Virus record (IMG/VR): IMGVR_UViG_2823592041_000002
Location: 64,001-128,000 of that record
Strand: one strand, 5' to 3'
Length of the DNA stretch: 64,000 bases
Source of the DNA: a virus
Lineage: Duplodnaviria; Caudoviricetes
The notes under the pieces: generated by a model
What the model was told of the DNA's origin: nothing
Seen by the model: the letters and a program-made list of their open reading frames with translations, nothing else
The model's database searches: none
Shown here: positions 57,327 to 64,000 of the stretch, piece after piece
Layout of the letters: the number at the start of each line of letters is the position of its first letter
How positions within the stretch are numbered: position 1 is the first letter of the stretch
Program-made: the position numbers and the translations under genes

Positions 57327-58133
57327 ATGAAAATGACACCACTAGATAAAGATGGAGTGCTAGTCCCATATCAAGAGAACTTTATAAACCTATTATTGGT
57401 TGAAGATAAAGAACAGTGTAGAATAAACCTTATTGGTAAGTTCCGACAGATGAACTTTGAAGTAGAAACTTTCATAAATTGTTCAGAAGCGCAGAAAAGA
57501 CTAGATGACGAAAACCAACCAGGAATTGATTTCTTGGTTATAGATGCAGATGTTGTGAATGGAATAGATGGCATTTCTTTCGCAAGGAGACATAGAGAAA
57601 AGTATCCAATTTTACTAATATCATCAAAATCTGAGTCTTTGGATGAAGTTAAGGAAGAAGGGTTTATAACATTACATAAACCAGATGAAGACCATTTACT
57701 GGCTAATAAGATCAACAGAGCAAAACATGAGTTTTTAGAAGCAAAGACTATAAAAGAAACAAAAGATGGTTTAGAGAATTTGCAAAATGTAGTTTGTGAT
57801 ATTCAGGGAAATTTGAATTCATTGGTAGATGTTGTAAGTTGTCACTCAGAAAAGACACAACAAGATTTAAAAGATATAAAGGATATGTTTGTAGAAAATA
57901 GGGAAACTCAGAAAGTAAAAGAAGAGCAAAACAAAAAGTTATCTCTGATGGAACTTTTAAGATCTCCTAATTTGAAGAATATGGTGGAGTTGATAAAGGT
58001 AGCATTTTCAACATTGAGAGTGTTTCTGATAATCGTAATGTTGATTGTTATGATGTTTGCTTCACAAAATGATAAAGTAAAAGAAATTGTACAACCGTAT
58101 ATTTCTGGCATTATAAGTATTGGTAAACCTTGA
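57327..58133 (+). CDS. Receiver (REC) domain, coiled coil and C-terminal TM helix
   Basis: LLVED, FLVID (phospho-acceptor Asp), DG, PILLIS, HKP; TM VFLIIVMLIVMMFA. Confidence 0.75.
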   Translation: MKMTPLDKDGVLVPYQENFINLLLVEDKEQCRINLIGKFRQMNFEVETFINCSEAQKRLDDENQPGIDFLVIDADVVNGIDGISFARRHREKYPILLISSKSESLDEVKEEGFITLHKPDEDHLLANKINRAKHEFLEAKTIKETKDGLENLQNVVCDIQGNLNSLVDVVSCHSEKTQQDLKDIKDMFVENRETQKVKEEQNKKLSLMELLRSPNLKNMVELIKVAFSTLRVFLIIVMLIVMMFASQNDKVKEIVQPYISGIISIGKP

Positions 58134-58143
58134 AAGGTATTTT

Positions 58144-58521
58144 ATGAAAAAGAATGATCCAAGTGACGATTTTGAGACAGAAAAATTACCCCCATATGTT
58201 GAGGTCTATTTTGAGAATGATCTTTTATATAGAGGTTTTTTGATAGATGTTGTGGTCGACGAACAAGAAAAAGAAAACAGTCATTACGCTGTTTCTTGTA
58301 TAAATGGTGAGTTGTTATGCGTTCCATTATACGATGAAAGGTGGTCTGTACACCATTTAGGTACAGGTGATGATAAACCTACACCTTGGCAACTAGCTAA
58401 AAAAGAATTTGATATTCTTTGTACAGAAAGAACTGCTTATGAAATGGTGAGCATGGGATTCTTTACTGGGTTTTTTCTTGGATTTTTTGGAATGTTCTTT
58501 CTAGGTTGGATGATTTTCTAG
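58144..58521 (+). CDS. Hypothetical protein with C-terminal TM helix
   Basis: ORF ending GFFTGFFLGFFGMFFLGWMIF. Confidence 0.6.
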   Translation: MKKNDPSDDFETEKLPPYVEVYFENDLLYRGFLIDVVVDEQEKENSHYAVSCINGELLCVPLYDERWSVHHLGTGDDKPTPWQLAKKEFDILCTERTAYEMVSMGFFTGFFLGFFGMFFLGWMIF

Positions 58522-58524
58522 TTT

Positions 58525-58532
58525 TATAAATA
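58525..58532 (+). promoter_or_regulatory. T4-type late promoter TATAAATA
   Basis: Exact consensus upstream of the fibre cluster. Confidence 0.75.
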
Positions 58533-58558
58533 TAGAAAGAATATATTGGAGAAATAAT

Positions 58559-60331
58559 ATGGGAACTCAGATAACACCTACTGGAATAAAATTTCCAAAT
58601 AATGATACAGAACAAACTAAACCTGTTGTATCTGTAAATTCCACTGCACCAGATGATTCAGGTAATATAGAAGTTGCTGCTGGTGGTGGTGCAACCTACA
58701 CTAGTCAGGACTATCATGCATCCACTGACTTTTTATTTAAAGATTCAAAATGGTATGGTGGACATCTTGTATACAGTTATTCTACTAATGCATCTGCCAT
58801 TGAAAATCTTTCTGTTGGTAGTGTATTACACGAAGTTAGTTCTGGTTTACCATTTTCTGTTGTATCTATTGATGCAGCTGCTAATCAAATCACTTTAAAT
58901 AGAGGTGATTTTACAGACTTAAATACATCTAATAGGGTATTGGAAGATAGAGAAAATTCAACTTTTGGTGGTACAACTTTCACTTATATTTCTGGTGCCA
59001 ATAATTCACTAAACTGTACAAATATATGGTTGCAAGTAAAAGGTAATGAGAATCACGCAAATACCACAACTTTACCAACTACAAACAATTCAGTTGCAAA
59101 CTTACCTATGAAACTAGATCATCTCCCAAGTATGGCAACACATATTATATTCAGAGTTTCATCTGAGACAGGTGGTTCTTTTAAAATTTATAATAGAGAA
59201 ACGTTTAACACCAGACCTGCTGATGCTGAATTACTCCCTTCTGAAATAGTTCACCAAATTGATATTGAAGGGTCTGGAACTCAATCTGGATTTTCTGAAT
59301 TTCGTGTTCCTATCAATTCATATTTTAGATTTTGGGTTACTGGTGGAGCAAAGGCAAATTTATATCCAGTTGGTTATAGTGTTTTGGATTTATCTGAAAT
59401 TGATCTTGAATCTGCTTCCAATCCAGTTATTGATGCTATAGAAACCAGAGTTACTACATTAGAGACTAATGATGTAGTCACTACTGTTAATGGTCAAACT
59501 GGTGATGTTACTGTATCTACATTCGATGGAAATTATAATTCATTAGATAATAAACCTTCATTGTTTGATGGAGACTATGATTCATTATCTAATAAACCTA
59601 CCATACCTACAGATATAAATCAATTGGATGACGATAGTCAACTTTTAAGTTCTGGTGGCGGTGGCGGTGCATATTCCTTTTATAGATTAATAACAGGAAG
59701 TTCTGAATTTACAAATATGAAGACTGACGGTTCTAATATTTTGAGGGCTGGTATTAAATATCGGATTAGTTTGATTGGTGCTGGAGGGGGTAGTTGGAGA
59801 GAAGGGAATTATTCATACATGCTTCACACTGCTGGTGGCGGTGGAGGTTCTATAAACTTTTACTACACACCAAGTGTTGATACTTCTTATGAGGTATCTA
59901 TAGGTAACGCAGGATCGACTTACAATTATGCGGATATTAATAAAGAGACTTCAATTGTTTTTAGTGATGGTTCGGAAGCTCGAGCTCACGGAGGTGAAAA
60001 TGGTAGCAGTACAAAACGACTTTATAATGGAGGTTCTTATTCATATATAGCTAATAGTTCGAGTTTTGAATTTATAGATGGGGCTATCGGAGGGAAGGGT
60101 TGGTATTATGATGACGGATCAACCCCAGCAAGAGCTAACCCAAATTCGGGTTTTGGTGGTGACGATTCTTTAGGCCCTAGTTCAAAAGCATATACAGGTT
60201 ACACAGCTAGTGGTGCTGGGGGGATGAGTGGTAGAAGTTTGGAATTTGTTGAGCGAAGAGGAAACGGAAGTGGCGGTGGATATGATAATGGCAGTGATGG
60301 TGCCATTTTGATTCAATGGAGCATAGAATAA
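58559..60331 (+). CDS. Fibre/receptor-binding protein with glycine-rich C-terminal domain
   Basis: GIKFP..T.Q, VVSVN...PD..GN, VTTVNGQTGDV, FDG.Y.SL.NKP repeats, IGAGGG...GGGGG...G.DGAI.I.W. Confidence 0.7.
   Translation: MGTQITPTGIKFPNNDTEQTKPVVSVNSTAPDDSGNIEVAAGGGATYTSQDYHASTDFLFKDSKWYGGHLVYSYSTNASAIENLSVGSVLHEVSSGLPFSVVSIDAAANQITLNRGDFTDLNTSNRVLEDRENSTFGGTTFTYISGANNSLNCTNIWLQVKGNENHANTTTLPTTNNSVANLPMKLDHLPSMATHIIFRVSSETGGSFKIYNRETFNTRPADAELLPSEIVHQIDIEGSGTQSGFSEFRVPINSYFRFWVTGGAKANLYPVGYSVLDLSEIDLESASNPVIDAIETRVTTLETNDVVTTVNGQTGDVTVSTFDGNYNSLDNKPSLFDGDYDSLSNKPTIPTDINQLDDDSQLLSSGGGGGAYSFYRLITGSSEFTNMKTDGSNILRAGIKYRISLIGAGGGSWREGNYSYMLHTAGGGGGSINFYYTPSVDTSYEVSIGNAGSTYNYADINKETSIVFSDGSEARAHGGENGSSTKRLYNGGSYSYIANSSSFEFIDGAIGGKGWYYDDGSTPARANPNSGFGGDDSLGPSSKAYTGYTASGAGGMSGRSLEFVERRGNGSGGGYDNGSDGAILIQWSIE
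59521..59658 (+). repeat. Two 42-bp FDGxYxSLxNKP units plus a 78-bp block identical to 61183..61260
   Basis: Direct sequence comparison. Confidence 0.9.
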
Positions 60332-60618
60332 TGGAAATTTTAGACAAATTAAAAAATTTAATATCATCTACTTTACAGAAAACAGACCATGTACACTTTT
60401 CCGAATTTCTTAGTGAAGAAGATAAAAAAATCATAACTGAACAAAGAGATTCAATATGGAATAAGTATCAAAATATTAAAAAATTCATTTTGGATAATAA
60501 ACAGGAAGATATTTCTATATATTTAGAGAATCTAGAATCTTGTTTAGATAGAGGTGACAGTTTAAATAAAATATTCGAATATTTTGGAATTGAAGAACCA
60601 GAGGAATTGACCGAATAA
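60331..60618 (+). CDS. Small protein following a fibre gene (assembly-chaperone-like)
   Basis: TAATG coupling; LQKTD...F, R..I motif. Confidence 0.5.
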   Translation: MEILDKLKNLISSTLQKTDHVHFSEFLSEEDKKIITEQRDSIWNKYQNIKKFILDNKQEDISIYLENLESCLDRGDSLNKIFEYFGIEEPEELTE

Positions 60619-60640
60619 ATAAATCTATAGGAGAAATGAT

Positions 60641-61771
60641 ATGGCAAAATTAGTAACTTCAGATGGAGTTCAAATAAATCTGTTTTTAGATTTGAATTCT
60701 CATAACACAGGAGAAGGAACATTATTATATGGTCCAAAATCCCAAGCTGAAATGGATTTTATTGTCAAAGGTTTCAGAAATTTTAAAACTAATACTGAAT
60801 ATAACGATAAGAATAGATTAGAATTTCATTCTGATGTTGAAATTGAAGTGAGTATTTCTACTCTAATGAGTGCAAATCCAACATCATCTAGTCAATATAC
60901 AGTTCCAGGACATTCTAATACAAAACTATACTTTGTTGGGGATGATTTGGTATTATCCAAGACTGGTTCTAAAATACATAGAATTGATTTGTTTACGAGT
61001 GCTAGTTCTAATACTGTCACTTCAGTTAATGGAAATTCCCCAGATGCAAGTGGGAATGTTACTGTATCTACTGGAAGTTCATTCGATGGAGATTATAATT
61101 CATTATCTAATAAACCTTCATTGTTTGATGGAGATTATAATTCATTATCTAATAAACCTTCATTGTTTGATGGAAATTATAATTCATTATCTAATAAACC
61201 TACCATACCTACAGATATAAATCAATTGGATGACGATAGTCAACTTTTAAGTTCTGGTGGAGGTGGAGGTTTTACAAATCAAAAAGTCTTCACAGCATCA
61301 ACAACTTGGACTGTTCCAGCAGGAGTTGACAAAGTTAAGATTTCGGTTACTGGATCTGGAGATAGGGGTGGTAGTGATGGAAGTAATGGACTAAGAGCCG
61401 GAGGGGCTGGTGGCAGTGCTATAGCAATTTTCAGTGTAACGTCTGGAGAAACATTAACCATGACATTGGGCGCACCTAAGAGTAATTCATTTGTTGAAAT
61501 TTCAGGTAGAAGTGGTAACATAGCAGGGTTTTCCGCACAAAGTGCTAGTGGTGGTGCGTCACATTGCACAATAACAACAGGACTTATAGGTGATGCCTTG
61601 CTCGTTCAAGGAGGGTCATTCCAAGGCCAAACAGATGTAAGGATGGGAGCATCTTCCATATATGGAAATGGTGAGGCATATGGTGGGGGTTCAGGTCACT
61701 CAAGTTGGAGTAGTTGGACAAACTCATATACAACAAGTCCGGGAGTTGCGGTCGTAGTATTGGAGTATTAA
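60641..61771 (+). CDS. Fibre/receptor-binding protein with glycine-rich C-terminal domain
   Basis: VTSVNG.SPD.SGNV, three FDGxYNSLSNKP units, FTAS.TWTVPAGV...GG.GG...G..VLEY. Confidence 0.7.
   Translation: MAKLVTSDGVQINLFLDLNSHNTGEGTLLYGPKSQAEMDFIVKGFRNFKTNTEYNDKNRLEFHSDVEIEVSISTLMSANPTSSSQYTVPGHSNTKLYFVGDDLVLSKTGSKIHRIDLFTSASSNTVTSVNGNSPDASGNVTVSTGSSFDGDYNSLSNKPSLFDGDYNSLSNKPSLFDGNYNSLSNKPTIPTDINQLDDDSQLLSSGGGGGFTNQKVFTASTTWTVPAGVDKVKISVTGSGDRGGSDGSNGLRAGGAGGSAIAIFSVTSGETLTMTLGAPKSNSFVEISGRSGNIAGFSAQSASGGASHCTITTGLIGDALLVQGGSFQGQTDVRMGASSIYGNGEAYGGGSGHSSWSSWTNSYTTSPGVAVVVLEY
61082..61260 (+). repeat. Three tandem 42-bp units plus the shared 78-bp block
   Basis: tt(c/t)gatgga(g/a)attataattcattatctaataaacct(tcattg) three times. 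Confidence 0.9.
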
Positions 61772-61772
61772 A

Positions 61773-62225
61773 ATGATAGCATATTTATTAACAAAAGATG
61801 GAAAAATAGAAAATACGGTTATTGTTGACCCAGAAAACATAATATTTGATGATTGTATAACAGAACCTGTCCCAGAAGGATTAGTAACTCCAAAATGGAA
61901 TAGAAAATCTAAAAAATGGACAGAAGGTGCTACCCAAAAACAACTTTCAGAAAGATTAGAAGGTCTGAAAGAAGAGAAAAAATCTGGAAATAGATTACAA
62001 GTAAGAACTTTGTGTTTAGAAATAGCAGAAGAGATAGAGCAAACAAACTGGTTAAACTTCCCAGAAGATTATGAACCAGAAGAGATTGAAGAATTAAAAA
62101 ATCAAATCAGAGAAATCAGGACAAAAGGTAGAGAAATCAGAGCAAACATTGATGCTGCTCAAAGTCTTGAAGAGATATATGAACTTGATTTGAACATAAT
62201 TCCAGAAGAAGTAGAAGGAGAATAA
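61773..62225 (+). CDS. Tail-fibre assembly chaperone-like protein
   Basis: T.PVPEGL..PKW.....W.EG motif; C-terminal I.AA.S.EE; follows a fibre gene. Confidence 0.55.
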   Translation: MIAYLLTKDGKIENTVIVDPENIIFDDCITEPVPEGLVTPKWNRKSKKWTEGATQKQLSERLEGLKEEKKSGNRLQVRTLCLEIAEEIEQTNWLNFPEDYEPEEIEELKNQIREIRTKGREIRANIDAAQSLEEIYELDLNIIPEEVEGE

Positions 62226-62226
62226 A

Positions 62227-64000
62227 ATGTCAAGTAAAATGACAGGTGAAGATATAGGGATAAACACCTTAGATCCAAAAGTTAGACTGCACATCAATAA
62301 TGGTGCTGTTTTTGTCGATAGTGGTGGACTGAACCCAAATTCAACACCACTCAATTCTTATTACAATACTGGAAATGAAACCTCACCACAGATAATTCTG
62401 GGGAATGAATGGGCTTGGGATAGTACTCGTCAATCTAGTCTCTTCACCAAAATTAAAGCAAGAGTTATGAATTATAACGGTGGTGGGATGCGATTAAGTA
62501 TGAATGATGGGTCTCAACTTTATGACCATGCCAGTGGTCAATGGTTAGATAAAACATATGATTATGATGTTTATCCATCCCAATATTTGCATTTAAATAT
62601 ACTTTCAAATACTAATCAAGGAAGTGGGACATTACTTACTTGTGGTCTGAATGTTAGTGGAAACTATACTGGAAGTTTAAGTGGTGGTGATAGGTTATCT
62701 TTATATGCCGATGGTAGTTTAAAAATTACAGGACATTTAAGAATAGGTGATTCTCATGCTTCTGGGGGAACAAGTTATGGTCAAGGTTCTATAAGATATA
62801 ATAGTTCAACAAATGATTTTGAAGGGTTTACTAGTGAATGGAAAAGTTTAACTCAAAGTGGTGGACTTTCCAATACTACAACTACTTTGTTTTATAATAA
62901 GAGTATTGCAGTAAATGATGTATCAGGTGCTACCAATCAAGTATACGTATATGGGAAAGCATCTTCGAATCCGGATTATGTGGTGTCTGAATTTCAAGAT
63001 TTCAAATCAAATCATGATGACAAATACAAATTAGTGTTCTATAGTCAAGATGGTACGTCTGAGGTTTTAATCTCCGATTTGATAGATATTAATCCGTCAT
63101 CAAATAATTATTTTTATTTGCAATATGATGACCAAACAAATAATGACGGATATCATGCTGTTTATTTTGACGGAGATGATTTATATTATAGAGTTGGTTA
63201 TAGTGGTTCTACTGGTGGATCAAATACTAGATTTGCAACTTATAGAATAGAGATGCATAGCTATGCAGAAGCACCTTCAAATATATACACAAAATCTGAG
63301 GTGAATGCATTAATATCATCAGTTGCTACTGGTTCTGATGAGAGCGCTATTCTGTGGTTTCATTATCCAAATAATCATACTGGTAATCCGCAAAATGATA
63401 CAGCAATAATGGATGCTTTAAATTCAACATACCCACCTGCTGATTATTCACCACTAAAAAGGTTGATTTTACATACTAATGACCAAGAGGGTTCTGCTGG
63501 TGACACTCAATTTAGAAGTAAAGGGTATTTGTTTATCAGAAACCAAACTTTACTTCAGTGGGACTTTATAGATTTAATTGATAGCAATTTTGATTGGTCT
63601 TTGATAGAACCTCCAACACCTCCAACACCTCCAACTGCTGGAAATAATTTTATACATGTTGAATCTAATACAATAAATGTTGCTGATGGTACTACTCCAT
63701 CATATACAGTAGGTGGTTGGAATGTTTTAACTTTTGATGATTTGTTTCCAACTTTGACGGAAAATGCTGTATTTTTAGTAACATGTTATGTTCTTTGGAT
63801 TCCTATAAATGCTGGCCACAGTGTTTATTTTAGAAACCCTCACCCAAATGGTATTAGTGATAATAGTACACCATACACAAATGTAATTGATCCAAATGAT
63901 AGTGCATTTTTAATTAGAGGTCCAAATGGTGGGGGTAGTATGATGTTCACTATGGTTGCTGAAAGGTCTTCTGGTTCAAGTGTTGCAATAAAATATTGGC
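62227..64000 (+). CDS. Fibre/virion structural protein, truncated by the window end
   Basis: AAGGAG SD, ATG 62227; IGINT.DP...LHI, GSIRYNSSTNDFEGF..EW.SL, PPTPPTPPT linker; no stop seen. Confidence 0.7.
   Translation, partial: MSSKMTGEDIGINTLDPKVRLHINNGAVFVDSGGLNPNSTPLNSYYNTGNETSPQIILGNEWAWDSTRQSSLFTKIKARVMNYNGGGMRLSMNDGSQLYDHASGQWLDKTYDYDVYPSQYLHLNILSNTNQGSGTLLTCGLNVSGNYTGSLSGGDRLSLYADGSLKITGHLRIGDSHASGGTSYGQGSIRYNSSTNDFEGFTSEWKSLTQSGGLSNTTTTLFYNKSIAVNDVSGATNQVYVYGKASSNPDYVVSEFQDFKSNHDDKYKLVFYSQDGTSEVLISDLIDINPSSNNYFYLQYDDQTNNDGYHAVYFDGDDLYYRVGYSGSTGGSNTRFATYRIEMHSYAEAPSNIYTKSEVNALISSVATGSDESAILWFHYPNNHTGNPQNDTAIMDALNSTYPPADYSPLKRLILHTNDQEGSAGDTQFRSKGYLFIRNQTLLQWDFIDLIDSNFDWSLIEPPTPPTPPTAGNNFIHVESNTINVADGTTPSYTVGGWNVLTFDDLFPTLTENAVFLVTCYVLWIPINAGHSVYFRNPHPNGISDNSTPYTNVIDPNDSAFLIRGPNGGGSMMFTMVAERSSGSSVAIKYW

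Noticed and set aside
61082-61200. 42-bp repeats as a CRISPR array
   Set aside because: The units are contiguous, in frame (14 aa) and inside a CDS, with no unique spacers and no cas genes.
102-62354. Minus-strand and nested alternate-frame ORFs in the track
   Set aside because: They are shadows of well-supported + strand genes, with no SD, promoter or recognisable motifs.
1-64000. tRNA/rRNA genes, stop-codon reassignment, and a cellular origin for ftsH/htrA/guaB
   Set aside because: No cloverleaf was found in the short intergenic gaps; core genes read through in the standard code; the host-like genes are embedded among T4 core genes and phage promoters.

Overview
AT-rich, densely coding 64-kb segment of a large T4-like (Tevenvirinae/Kyanoviridae-type, probably aquatic) myophage, with every credible gene on the + strand. 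Order: paralogous fibre/virion genes (1-8.4 kb); head module gp67/68-like, gp21, gp22, gp23, then gp3, uvsY, uvsW, gp55, gp47, gp46, gp45, gp44, gp62, regA, hsp20, amidase, gp43, uvsX, gp41, dexA-like (8.4-28 kb); a three-gene early island with a repeated structured leader, operator-like palindromes, an unannotated ribbon-helix-helix gene and a ParB-like gene (28.1-30.3 kb); a late enzyme cluster (RNA-ligase-like, HIGH nucleotidyltransferase, P-loop kinase polyprotein, RimK-aspartic protease fusion) whose domains are bounded by prohead-protease-type (I/L)-x-E sites (30.4-36 kb); a Calx-beta/beta-propeller adhesin; FtsH; spanins; primase; IMPDH/GMPR; class II RNR; a SerB-aminotransferase fusion; RuvC-like; RNase H; HtrA; a pyrimidine-dimer glycosylase; an orphan membrane-anchored receiver protein; and more fibre modules. 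Sigma70-type early promoters (TTGAC-17-TATAAT) and T4 late promoters (TATAAATA) are clear. I saw no tRNA, CRISPR, intron, intein or transposase. All family calls are from motif recognition by eye; no database search was run.
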